Shown: positions 1-9,728, counted from the stretch's first letter. The stretch is DNA of 64,000 nucleotides from a virus (IMGVR_UViG_3300029288_001872:1-64000); one strand, 5' to 3'. The notes: generated by a model from the sequence alone, not told the origin. Made by a program: numbers and translations.

Positions 1-1
1 C

Positions 2-1105
2 AATAAAGGACCGAGAGAAAAGTACATAAAATACTTAATTGAAAATGGAGTGGGGGTCTTTGTAGGCGGAACTAGAAAAGAAGAAACAACTATGCAATAT
101 GCTGATACACTTAGAAAATCTCAAATAGTCATTAATTTTTCACCTTTAGGTCAATATGGTTGCCCGTTGAAAGGAAGGTCTTTTGAAGCGATATGGTGTG
201 GTTCTTTATTGATGGAGCCATCTGGTTCTTTTCTTGAATATCATTTTACACCGTATTCTGATTATGTCCCATATGATAATGAAAATGATTTGTTGAATAA
301 GGTCAGATATTTTAGTGCAAACAAAGAAGAAAGAGAATTGATTGCAAATAGGGGATATGAAAGAGCTATTCAAAAATATAATCCATTTTCATTTTGGAAT
401 AAAATATTTAATGACTATTTGATTCCATACGACTTGAATCTTGATATGCAGAATATTCGTGGATTATTGGATTTCTTTATCTCTAAAAAGAAAGAAGTAT
501 TTTGCAATGATTTTGTTTTCATCAAAGAAATTTCATATTTGATTGAAAATTTAAACATCAAAGAATTTTGGGAAACTGGAAGTTATTTAGGTCATTCGTC
601 TGATTTCATAAAAAGTTTATTTCCGAAACTGGATGTATTCAGTTGTGACATTCATGAAGGTTATCTTGAAACAGCAAGAAATAATTGTCCTCTAGTTGAT
701 TATAAATTGATTGATTCTGTCAATTTTCTGAAAGAAAGAATTGATAATTATTCTGTTCCAACTTTTGTTTTCTTGGATGCACATGGACATGGTGGTGGTT
801 TGCCATTAGAAAAAGAATTGCAATTGATAGGAAATTCTGGTAAAGAATTTATAGTTTGTATTCATGATTGTAAAATTTCAGGAAGAAATATTTTTGGTTG
901 GGATTCTTATGATGGGATAGACATAAGCACTGATTTGATAACTAATATTTTAGACAAAACCAAATGTGAATTTGATATTTTTATACCAAGTCAACTATAT
1001 TGTCATAGTCCATTACGAGGAAGATGTTATGTTATAATCAACAGTGATAAAATCCATTATAGCAAAATGATTAGTGAATTATTTACTTCCCTAGAGGAGT
1101 TGTAA
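2..1105 (+). CDS. 5'-truncated glycosyltransferase (GT-B, CgeB/YkvP-like C-terminal domain) fused to a class I SAM methyltransferase-like domain
   Basis: Frame is open from nt 2. GT part has 'SQIVINF...KGRSFEAIWCGSLL...EERELIANRGY'; MTase part has 'ETGSYLGHS' and 'FLDAH'. Confidence 0.7.
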   Translation, partial: NKGPREKYIKYLIENGVGVFVGGTRKEETTMQYADTLRKSQIVINFSPLGQYGCPLKGRSFEAIWCGSLLMEPSGSFLEYHFTPYSDYVPYDNENDLLNKVRYFSANKEERELIANRGYERAIQKYNPFSFWNKIFNDYLIPYDLNLDMQNIRGLLDFFISKKKEVFCNDFVFIKEISYLIENLNIKEFWETGSYLGHSSDFIKSLFPKLDVFSCDIHEGYLETARNNCPLVDYKLIDSVNFLKERIDNYSVPTFVFLDAHGHGGGLPLEKELQLIGNSGKEFIVCIHDCKISGRNIFGWDSYDGIDISTDLITNILDKTKCEFDIFIPSQLYCHSPLRGRCYVIINSDKIHYSKMISELFTSLEEL

Positions 1106-1115
1106 TAAAAGTTGT

Positions 1116-1197
1116 GGTCTGGTTGGGTATGGTCAGGTGAGGTTGGGTAGGGTCTGGTCCGGTAAGGTAGGGTCCGGTAAGGTGTGGTAAGGTGAGG
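1116..1197 (+). repeat. (GGTNN)16 pentamer-phased G-rich tract
   Basis: 16 consecutive GGTNN units at 1116-1195 plus a terminal GG; intergenic, with stops in all three + frames. Confidence 0.95.
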
Positions 1198-1236
1198 GTG
1201 CTAATCCTTTAACTAATTTCACTAAAGGATTAGCAC
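1198..1236 (+). terminator. Perfect 14-bp hairpin directly after the pentamer tract
   Basis: GTGCTAATCCTTTA / TAAAGGATTAGCAC with an 11-nt loop, followed by AATTTTT. Confidence 0.65.
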
Positions 1237-1273
1237 AATTTTTAAAAAACTTATTCTTAAATAAAGGGAAAAC

Positions 1274-2260
1274 ATGAAAACAAAAATCGCCATATTTATT
1301 CCAACGTGCAATAGACCAGAGTTTTTACACAGAGCATTATTATATTATAATAGCAAATCTGAATTCTTACAAGATGTAATCTTCCATATTTATGATGGTT
1401 CTGATAAAACATCTTATAATCTAAATAAAAAAGAAGTTAAAAAATATAAAAATCTGAATATAAATCATGTATGGTTTGAAAATCAGAAGGATGAATTCAA
1501 CAGGTTTGTAGAATCTACTAAAAACATTCAAGAAGAGTATATTTTACAAGTAGGTGATGATGATTTCATAATTGTTGAAAGTCTTAAACCAGCACAGATA
1601 TTTTTAGATTCAAATAAAGACTATGCTGCTTGTAGTGGTTTGAGAATGTCTTTTGTGTTAGAAAATCCTGACGAAAAACAAACCAAAGGAACCAATTTAC
1701 ACATAACAAGGTCTGTGCCAGGACCATATTGGCCTATTAATGATCCAATAGGTTGTTTCAGGTCATATATGAGAAGTGGAATTCCAATGCAGCATTTTCT
1801 TGTTAGAAACGAAGTATATAAAAAAATGTATGCTCATTTGGAAAAAGAAGAATTTAAAACACCATTACTATCCCAAGATTTGCTTCCTTGCGCGATTCTG
1901 TCTTTAAGTGGCAATATCAAAAGATTGGATTTTGTTGTTTCATTTGCGCGCCAAGAAAGCAACTTGTCTACATATAAATATTTAGACGAGATAATGACTG
2001 ATGATAGTTTTTCTAATAACCTTGTGTTGACTAAAGAATTATTAGTAGATAAGATTAAAGATTTTGTAGGATTGGATGAAGCAAAAAAGATAGTTGATAG
2101 CGAATTTGTAATAAGATTTATTCAATTGCTAGAATGGACTAGAGATGTGAAATATAAACCGCAAGGAAGGTATCCATTAGAAGGGCATGATTTTATCCCT
2201 TCTACACAAGCCTATTATCACAATATAATTAAAGAATTATTTCAATTGTGCAAGAGGTAA
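1274..2260 (+). CDS. GT-A fold glycosyltransferase (TIGR04440-like)
   Basis: 'IPTCNRPEFLHRALLYY', 'DGSD', 'GDDDF' (DxD). Confidence 0.8.
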   Translation: MKTKIAIFIPTCNRPEFLHRALLYYNSKSEFLQDVIFHIYDGSDKTSYNLNKKEVKKYKNLNINHVWFENQKDEFNRFVESTKNIQEEYILQVGDDDFIIVESLKPAQIFLDSNKDYAACSGLRMSFVLENPDEKQTKGTNLHITRSVPGPYWPINDPIGCFRSYMRSGIPMQHFLVRNEVYKKMYAHLEKEEFKTPLLSQDLLPCAILSLSGNIKRLDFVVSFARQESNLSTYKYLDEIMTDDSFSNNLVLTKELLVDKIKDFVGLDEAKKIVDSEFVIRFIQLLEWTRDVKYKPQGRYPLEGHDFIPSTQAYYHNIIKELFQLCKR

Positions 2261-2266
2261 TTTATT

Positions 2267-3622
2267 TTGTTAAATGTATTACTAATAAATCCACAAACGC
2301 CTAATTATATATCCAACAAAGAATATATAATGCCACCTTCTTTGTTGCATCTATCTCATCATTTGCAATCTACCATGACTGCAAATGTAGATATATTGGA
2401 TTACAATACTTGGAAAGCAGCGCCTTTACATTCCATAGATAATTTTGATGAATATGATTATGTTGGAATAACAAATCTTTTTTCTGGACATTTTCAATCT
2501 ACAATGGAAATTGCCAAAACAATTAAAGAAAAAAGTCCAAAAACAAAAATTGTTGTTGGTGGAATACACCCAACTATTTTTCATAAAGATATTATAGACA
2601 ATTGTGAATTTATAGATTATGTTATCATAGGTGAGGGAGAATATTCATTTAGAAAATTATTAACAAATGAGTCCACTGATGGTATTTGTTATAGAGTTGG
2701 AAAGAAAACTTTTGTAGAACCAAAAACTTGTTTCATAGAAGATATTAATACTGTGGCACCACCAATATTGGGTTATCAAAGTATTGATTTTAATGATTAT
2801 GCTTATAGCAGAAATGCTTGGTACAATCCAAAAGGTTTTGATTTATCACATTCAGTTGAAGTGCCAATTTTAACTAGTAGAAGTTGCCCAAATAGGTGTA
2901 ATTTTTGTTCCATGTTTTTAGTGATGGGTCCAAAAATTAGATTGAGAAATCCATATATAGTAGTTAATGAAATAGAATGGCTGTATAAAGAATATGGTGT
3001 TAAAATGTTCACAGTGATGGATGATAATGTGACATTAGTTAAATCTCATATCAAAACGATATGTAAAGAAATAATAAAACGAAAATTGGACATATCTTGG
3101 CAGACACCAAATGGACTGATGATAAGAACATTGACGCCAGATATAATTGATTTGATGTCAGAATCAGGATGGTATCGTTCAATGATTGCTATTGAGTCTG
3201 GCAATGATTATATTAGAAATGAAGTGATGAGCAAAAAGGTATCTAAAGAAAAAATTTATGAAGTGGTGGAATATATAAAGAAAAAACATAGTCATGTGTA
3301 TCTACGTGGTCTATATATTATGGGAATGGCTGAAGATGATGGGGCAACGCTGCAAGATTCATTGGACATGATAGAGAACTTACAGACTGATACTGACAGC
3401 GTTGCGAATATTATGTCATTTCCAAAGACTAAAGTATTTGAACAAGCAGTTAGAGATAATTTATTTTTTGAAGATGTAAATATTGGCAATTTGTGGTGTG
3501 AGAAAAGAATGGACTACAACGACAATAAAAAGTTTATAATAAAACCCTATAAAATGACTTTAGAAGAATTAAAAGATTGGAGGGTTAAATTTGATACCGC
3601 AATTGAAAATAAAAGCAAATGA
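2267..3622 (+). CDS. Cobalamin-binding radical SAM protein (class B methyltransferase-like)
   Basis: B12-domain motifs 'VVGGIHPT' and 'GEGE'; CxxxCxxC in 'SRSCPNRCNFC'; 'IESG'. Confidence 0.9.
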   Translation: MLNVLLINPQTPNYISNKEYIMPPSLLHLSHHLQSTMTANVDILDYNTWKAAPLHSIDNFDEYDYVGITNLFSGHFQSTMEIAKTIKEKSPKTKIVVGGIHPTIFHKDIIDNCEFIDYVIIGEGEYSFRKLLTNESTDGICYRVGKKTFVEPKTCFIEDINTVAPPILGYQSIDFNDYAYSRNAWYNPKGFDLSHSVEVPILTSRSCPNRCNFCSMFLVMGPKIRLRNPYIVVNEIEWLYKEYGVKMFTVMDDNVTLVKSHIKTICKEIIKRKLDISWQTPNGLMIRTLTPDIIDLMSESGWYRSMIAIESGNDYIRNEVMSKKVSKEKIYEVVEYIKKKHSHVYLRGLYIMGMAEDDGATLQDSLDMIENLQTDTDSVANIMSFPKTKVFEQAVRDNLFFEDVNIGNLWCEKRMDYNDNKKFIIKPYKMTLEELKDWRVKFDTAIENKSK

Positions 3623-4319
3623 AGTTAGAAGAAAAGTTCTTGAAAATTGCTATAAATATAAAAATAGCCATTTATCGTCATGTTTATCCGCCGTGGACAT
3701 TATTTCAACGCTATACTTTGGCGGATTTATTGGGAAAGGAATTGGGAAGTTTGTGTTGAGCAAAGGCCATGCTAATGAAACATTATCAACAGTATTGGAA
3801 ATGATGGGGGTTCAAAGGGTTATACATAGTGACCACCCTGAATTTGGGAATCCTGGAATTGAAACAACAACAGGTTCATTGGGACAAGGGCTTGGAATAG
3901 CTTGCGGAATGGCTTTGAGTAATAAATTGAATAATTCTAATGAGATAATCTATTGTCTCATTGGTGACGGAGAAATGATGGAAGGTCTCAGCCAAGAAGC
4001 CATCCATTCTATTTATGATTTAGATTTACCTATTAAAGTATTGATAGATAAGAATTGGTATGCTTCTGAAAGACAACCAAGTTCTTTGTTATTTGAGACT
4101 GTATTTGAAACATTAGTAAATGGGCATGATGTAGAAGAAACATACAATGCCTTACAAACAGATGAAAAAGTAATTGTGTGTGAAACTACAAAATGTTTTG
4201 GACTTCATAGAGTACATGATATAAATATAATAAATTGGGATATGATACATTATCTTTGTGTTAATGATGACAACATAGAAAGATTTAGGAAGGAATTGAA
4301 TGACTACTCAGAGAGATAG
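3591..4319 (+). CDS. Split transketolase, N-terminal ThDP-binding subunit
   Basis: 'HLSSCLS', 'SKGHA', 'TGSLGQGLG', 'GDGE' ThDP motif. Confidence 0.9.
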   Translation: MIPQLKIKANEVRRKVLENCYKYKNSHLSSCLSAVDIISTLYFGGFIGKGIGKFVLSKGHANETLSTVLEMMGVQRVIHSDHPEFGNPGIETTTGSLGQGLGIACGMALSNKLNNSNEIIYCLIGDGEMMEGLSQEAIHSIYDLDLPIKVLIDKNWYASERQPSSLLFETVFETLVNGHDVEETYNALQTDEKVIVCETTKCFGLHRVHDINIINWDMIHYLCVNDDNIERFRKELNDYSER

Positions 4320-5154
4320 ATTTTTTAATACCATTGGCAATGCGTATAAAAATGGTCGCGAAGATTTGATTATCCTAACTTGCGACATGGGCGCGGCTGC
4401 ATTAAACCAGTTTAAGAAAGATAAAAATTTTCTTCTCAACTTAGGGCCTGTTGAGCAACTAGGCGCTTGTATGTCAGCCGGTTTAGCCTTGCAAGGTAAA
4501 AAACCATATTTATACGGCATTGTTCCTTTTATAACAGGTAGGTGTTTGGAACAAATAATGGTAAGTATTTGTTCACAGAATTTGCCGGTTACTATTGTTG
4601 GAAGTGGCGCAGCTTTGTCCTACGATCTTGCCGGAGCAACTCATCATGGACTATGTGATTTAGGACTAATGCGCTGCATCCCAAATATGACCATAGCAAA
4701 TATTTCCACTCTTGAAATGGCAGAATATTATGCGAATTATTCATTAGAATGTGAAACACCACTATATATTAGATTAGATAAATATAAAGACAATGGTGTT
4801 TTACCAAACGAAGAAGGTTTTTTTTATTATAGAATACCTTCTAATAATTATCCTATAGTAATAACTACAGGAGCTATTACAAACTATTTAAAATCTATGC
4901 TTCCGTTAGATTTTGGGTTAATGGAAATATATAATTTCCCTTGTAAAGAAAACAATCTACTTGCTTGTATAGCACAATCTCCTTGGTATAATAAACTTAT
5001 ATCTGTTGAAGAAAGTTATAAAATTGGAGGACTTGGAGATTATCTGTTTTCTTTAGGTTTAAATGTAACCAAGATTGGTTTTGACAATTTCTGTGAAGCT
5101 AAACCAAGAGAAGAATACTGGAAATATTTACTAAGAGAGGTATTAAATGCTTAA
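4300..5154 (+). CDS. Split transketolase, C-terminal (pyrimidine-binding) subunit
   Basis: 'GPVEQ', 'GLALQG', 'GATHH', 'YIRLDK', 'VEE...GGLG'; overlaps the N-terminal subunit. Confidence 0.9.
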   Translation: MTTQRDRFFNTIGNAYKNGREDLIILTCDMGAAALNQFKKDKNFLLNLGPVEQLGACMSAGLALQGKKPYLYGIVPFITGRCLEQIMVSICSQNLPVTIVGSGAALSYDLAGATHHGLCDLGLMRCIPNMTIANISTLEMAEYYANYSLECETPLYIRLDKYKDNGVLPNEEGFFYYRIPSNNYPIVITTGAITNYLKSMLPLDFGLMEIYNFPCKENNLLACIAQSPWYNKLISVEESYKIGGLGDYLFSLGLNVTKIGFDNFCEAKPREEYWKYLLREVLNA

Positions 5155-5482
5155 AGATAAAAATAGTTATAATAAAATGATCGAAGGAGAAATAGAAAAA
5201 TTAAATTCTATAATAAGAGATAATAACTTAACTTGTTCTTGTATGTTCTCTACAAATTCAGAATGTAGAAAATGTAAATTAATAGACAAGATTATTAAAT
5301 TGCAGGGAAGTTTATTATGAAATCAAAATTCACTAAATGGAATTGGATGTTGGCCTATGCTACTTCTAAGAGAGCACAAGCCATAGCAAAAGATATGGGA
5401 GTTAGCGACAAACTATTTATAGAACCTATAAATCTTGATGAATTATTGCCAAAAGAATTTATGAAGTTAAAAAGGAAAAAAA

Positions 5483-7129
5483 ATGCTTAAAGACATCACA
5501 CTCTATATTCCTACATATAATAGGAGTCAATTTCTTAATCGTTCATTAAAATATTATTCAACTGTCAAATTCGATGGTACAATTCTTATTGGTGATAGTA
5601 GCAACAAAGAAGAAAAAAAATTAAATAAAGAAGTAATAAATAAATATCCAGATTTGAATATTAATTATCACCATTTGAAACTTCCATCTGACCACCATGA
5701 TGCAGTAAAAACATACAGACTTTTGGATAAAATTAAAACACCTTATATAACTTTTGCTGGCGATGATGATTTTCAAATACCTAATGGCCTTAAAATGTGT
5801 ACTGAATTCCTCGATTATTCACCAGATTATGTTGCAGCACATGGCCATAGATTGAATTTTACAATAGATGATACAGTAAATGGAAATGTCATAGCCTTGG
5901 ATTCTCATCCTGGATATGATTGGACCAATGAAGATGACCCAATTAAAAGATGGCAAGAATATTTAAGATGTGGAGTAGCTACTACATATTATGTCCATAG
6001 AACAGAAAATTGGAAAAAGTATTATTCCTATTCACATCTGGCTAAAAGCAATTATATCGGCAATGAATTAATCCCATGTTCTTTATGTGTTTTGTCTGGT
6101 AAAATTAAAAGAATCGAATGTTTGTCTACTGCTTTTCAAAGAGATAATCCCATAAGGTCTTTCTCTTTTGTCAAAACTACTTTATGGGATTTGATTAATG
6201 GAGAATATTGGAGAGATTCTGTCAAGTTTTTTGAAGAAGCAGTTACGTCTATATTGTCTGATAAATTTGAAGTTAAACAAATTAAAGAATTATTTTATCA
6301 AGAATTTTGGTATCACTGTCTATTGATTATGAATGGGCAATTTAATAGTAGATATGGTGAGAAAAAAGATGAACCAACTACACGAATTTTAGACTTATCT
6401 ACTATGAGTGAAGATGATGATTTCTATCCAATATATCAAGTTTTGATAGAAAATTCCAATGCTGAAATACTTAGTAATTATTTGAAGAAGATACAAAAAT
6501 TGGATATAAGAGAAGGCTCAACAAATGATGATTTTATGACTTTAATAAACTTAGCTAAATCTGTGGAAAGACCAGGGATGCAAGCGGTGGAAGTCGGGTC
6601 TTGGAAAGGCGCAACTGGTGGAGCAATAGGACAAGTGCTCAAGGAAAATGACGGAAAGTTGTTTTGTTGTGATCCGTGGGCAAATGCGACTTGCAATGCA
6701 GACCATTCAGATATATTAGAGATATTTAAAAAGAATATTTCTGAATTAGAGTTGGAAGATAATGTTGTTATCATAAGAGAGCAGTCAATAGATGCATATA
6801 AACATTTTGAAGATGAATCTCTTGATATTGTATTTCTAGATGGATTGCATATGTACAATTATATTGCTCCAGACATAATTTACTTTTACCCTAAAGTTAA
6901 AAAAGGCGGGATAATTGCTGGACATGACTTAAATATACGATATGAAACTCTCAATTCAGAACAACAAAAAGAAGTTGATGAAAATATAAATGTTAATTGT
7001 GTTACCGTTAAATCATTAGGAAGACAAGTTCATTGCGGGGTTTGCAAAGCAGTTTATGACTACTTCGGAAGTAATTATAATTCTTTTGACAATCCAATGA
7101 ACGCAGTTTGGTGGGTGGTTAAAGAGTAA
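5483..7129 (+). CDS. TIGR04440-like glycosyltransferase fused to a C-terminal class I SAM methyltransferase (Methyltransf_24-like)
   Basis: 'IPTYNRSQFLNRSLKYY', 'GDDDF'; C-terminal 'EVGSWKG', 'FLDGLH', 'GGIIAGHD'. Confidence 0.85.
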   Translation: MLKDITLYIPTYNRSQFLNRSLKYYSTVKFDGTILIGDSSNKEEKKLNKEVINKYPDLNINYHHLKLPSDHHDAVKTYRLLDKIKTPYITFAGDDDFQIPNGLKMCTEFLDYSPDYVAAHGHRLNFTIDDTVNGNVIALDSHPGYDWTNEDDPIKRWQEYLRCGVATTYYVHRTENWKKYYSYSHLAKSNYIGNELIPCSLCVLSGKIKRIECLSTAFQRDNPIRSFSFVKTTLWDLINGEYWRDSVKFFEEAVTSILSDKFEVKQIKELFYQEFWYHCLLIMNGQFNSRYGEKKDEPTTRILDLSTMSEDDDFYPIYQVLIENSNAEILSNYLKKIQKLDIREGSTNDDFMTLINLAKSVERPGMQAVEVGSWKGATGGAIGQVLKENDGKLFCCDPWANATCNADHSDILEIFKKNISELELEDNVVIIREQSIDAYKHFEDESLDIVFLDGLHMYNYIAPDIIYFYPKVKKGGIIAGHDLNIRYETLNSEQQKEVDENINVNCVTVKSLGRQVHCGVCKAVYDYFGSNYNSFDNPMNAVWWVVKE

Positions 7130-7340
7130 ATGAATACTTATATATTTTTTAAAGAATTACATAGATATATATTTAATGAAAAGTGTGATGAAAAGATTCC
7201 ATGTGAAGATTGTAATTATGAGCAATCTTGTTTCTATCCCAATTGTTTGAGAAAATATAGCAAGGAACATATTTTAGAAATAATTAAAGTTGTATATAGT
7301 TTATAAAAATTATTTTTACTCTATTAAAAAGGAATTATTA

Positions 7341-8726
7341 ATGATTGATTTCTTATTTGTCAAACCAAATAATTTAAAAGTATTGTATGGAGAAACTAAT
7401 AAATTTAAACAAGTGGCTTATGAACCTCCATTCTGGCCTTTGCTTCTTGCTTCATTTCTCACAAGACAAAATATTCCATCTAAAATTATAGATTTAGAAG
7501 TTCAAAACATTGATTCTTTGAATCATACATTACTACATGATAATCCTAAATTTACAGTAATTTGTGTTAGTGGTCATAATCCAAACGCTAGCATCATGAA
7601 TATGGTTGGGTTAGATGACTTATGCAAAAGCGTAAAAGATGTTTGTCCAACTACTAAAATCATACTTCACGGTTTATATCCATCATCTTGTCCAACAAAA
7701 GTTTTAGAAAAACATAAATTAGTAGATGAGATTCTAATGAAGGAAGGTTTTTTAAATCTAGGTCGTTTAATGGGTTATAAAAGAACAGACCAAATACCAA
7801 TAAACGATATAGGAATAATAAATTGGTCTTTAATAGACATCACAAAATATCGTGCTCACAATTGGCATTTGTTCGGAAATATTCATAATAGAAGTCCATA
7901 TGGAATTGCTTTCACTTCTTTTGGTTGTCCTCATAATTGTGATTTTTGTTGTGTAAATTTAATGTATAGCAAAGTACAATTAAGAGATATAAATTTGGTA
8001 TTTCAAGATATTAAAAGTCTATATGATAAGGGTGTAAAAAATTTTAAGTTCATGGATGAGTTGTTTTTAATGCATAAGGGTAGGGTACAACAATTATGTT
8101 CTATGTTAATTGCTAATAAAATGAATGATATAAACGCTTGGGCTTATGCTAGGACAGATTCTATAGATGAAGATATAATTACATTAATGAAAAATGCTGG
8201 CGTGAAATGGTTAGGAATAGGTTATGAGAGTGGTTCTCAATTAATATTAGATTCTTCTGATAAAAAACAAAGTTTAAAAAAAGCGTATCAAGCAACAGAA
8301 ATTTGCAAAAAGGTTGGGATGAATATTTGTGGTAATTTTGTGTTTGGGTTGGCAGATGATGACTATAAGACAATGGAAGAAACATTGAAATTGTCTATCG
8401 ACTTACAACCAGAATGGGCTAATTATAATGTGGTTTTTGCTTTTCCTGGGACGAAGTTATATGATAAGGTGAAAAATGAGCCTTGGTTTAATGAACCAAC
8501 TGAGTATGAGCAGTATTCTCAACATGGCTATTCTTGTACGCCGATGGGGACAAAATATCTTAGCCCAAAAGCGGTCTTGGAATTTAAGGATGAAGCCTTT
8601 AGGAAATTTTACCAGAATGAGAATTATTTGAGGATGCTGGAGGCAAAATTTGGGGTTGAAACCAGAGAATATGTAGCAAATTCATTAATTTACTACCCAA
8701 AAAGAAAACTTTATGATTTAGCCTAA
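7341..8726 (+). CDS. Second cobalamin-binding radical SAM protein
   Basis: 'SFGCPHNCDFC', 'GYESG'; start moved to ATG 7341 behind AAGGA. Confidence 0.85.
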   Translation: MIDFLFVKPNNLKVLYGETNKFKQVAYEPPFWPLLLASFLTRQNIPSKIIDLEVQNIDSLNHTLLHDNPKFTVICVSGHNPNASIMNMVGLDDLCKSVKDVCPTTKIILHGLYPSSCPTKVLEKHKLVDEILMKEGFLNLGRLMGYKRTDQIPINDIGIINWSLIDITKYRAHNWHLFGNIHNRSPYGIAFTSFGCPHNCDFCCVNLMYSKVQLRDINLVFQDIKSLYDKGVKNFKFMDELFLMHKGRVQQLCSMLIANKMNDINAWAYARTDSIDEDIITLMKNAGVKWLGIGYESGSQLILDSSDKKQSLKKAYQATEICKKVGMNICGNFVFGLADDDYKTMEETLKLSIDLQPEWANYNVVFAFPGTKLYDKVKNEPWFNEPTEYEQYSQHGYSCTPMGTKYLSPKAVLEFKDEAFRKFYQNENYLRMLEAKFGVETREYVANSLIYYPKRKLYDLA

Positions 8727-8732
8727 AGAGAC

Positions 8733-8761
8733 TTGCTGACCAAGAAATTTTGAAGTATAAT
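8733..8761 (+). promoter_or_regulatory. Sigma70-like promoter
   Basis: TTGCTG-N17-TATAAT upstream of the 8780 ORF. Confidence 0.55.
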
Positions 8762-8779
8762 TGAAGAAGGAGAAGAAAT

Positions 8780-9481
8780 TTGGCTAAGAAAACTAAATCC
8801 AAGAAACCTAAAGGCATCACTATAGAAGAATTCTTAAAAAACCTTAACACTCTAGATTTGTTGGACGGGAATTTTTCTGATAATGATGCTTTAGCTCTTA
8901 TGAAGTTAGCTAAAGAAAGCGTTAAAGACCAAAGAACTTTTGTTACATTTTTGGAAATGGGAGCATGGAAGGGAAAATCTACTGCTTGTCTTAGTGTTGT
9001 AGTTAGTAAATTTTTAGAGGGGAAAATTTATGTAATTGATCATTTTCAAGGAGCACCAGAGACTACTAGTGAACAGGTAGCAAAGACAAGTGATGTTCAT
9101 AATATATTTAAAAATAATATGAAAACAATTAATGCTTGGGACAAAGTTGTTCATTTAATAGAAATGGGAATTGAAAATGCTTCATGTGTTCTACAAGACA
9201 ATACATTTGATTTTATTTTTATAGATACAGATAATAGATATAAAATTTATAAAGAACATATTCAATATGCTGTAGAATTTCTTAGAATAGGCGGGACGGT
9301 TTGTGGAAGAAATTTAGTTGCAAATTATCTAGAAGTCAAAAATGAAGTTGATGAAGAAATAGATAAAGAATATTCACAAAAATATAAATTACATCCCGGT
9401 GTTATTAAAGCGGTCTTTGAAGTTTTTGGAAATGATTATAAAAGAGTTGAAGATAGTGGTTTGTGGTATTGGAGGAAATAA
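8780..9481 (+). CDS. Class I SAM methyltransferase (Methyltransf_24-like)
   Basis: 'EMGAWKGKST', 'IDHF', 'FDFIFID'; paralogous to the C-terminal domain of 5483-7129. Confidence 0.8.
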   Translation: MAKKTKSKKPKGITIEEFLKNLNTLDLLDGNFSDNDALALMKLAKESVKDQRTFVTFLEMGAWKGKSTACLSVVVSKFLEGKIYVIDHFQGAPETTSEQVAKTSDVHNIFKNNMKTINAWDKVVHLIEMGIENASCVLQDNTFDFIFIDTDNRYKIYKEHIQYAVEFLRIGGTVCGRNLVANYLEVKNEVDEEIDKEYSQKYKLHPGVIKAVFEVFGNDYKRVEDSGLWYWRK

Positions 9482-9492
9482 AGGAGGAATAA

Positions 9493-9699
9493 ATGAATAG
9501 AAAAATTAATGGTGGGAATATTCATACCCTTCTTGGTGTGATGAAAGAAACAAAAGGTCTCGATGGGTGTGACCATGATTTCCCACCAGAAAGTCAAAGA
9601 ACAAGAAGAATAAAAAATGGTGGAATTTGTCTTCGATGGACTTGTAGTAAGTGTGGTAGGATGGTTTATTATGCTAAAAGATATTCTTCTGGAAATTAA
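9493..9699 (+). CDS. Small hypothetical protein with CxH/CxxC
   Basis: AGGAGG RBS; 'CDH' and 'CSKC'. Confidence 0.55.
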   Translation: MNRKINGGNIHTLLGVMKETKGLDGCDHDFPPESQRTRRIKNGGICLRWTCSKCGRMVYYAKRYSSGN

Positions 9700-9728
9700 T
9701 TAATTAATTAAACAACAAGGAGGAATAA

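Noticed and set aside
1116-1197. G-tracts as CRISPR arrays or coding repeats
   Set aside because: The unit is 5 nt with no repeat-spacer structure, there are no cas genes, and the frames contain stops.
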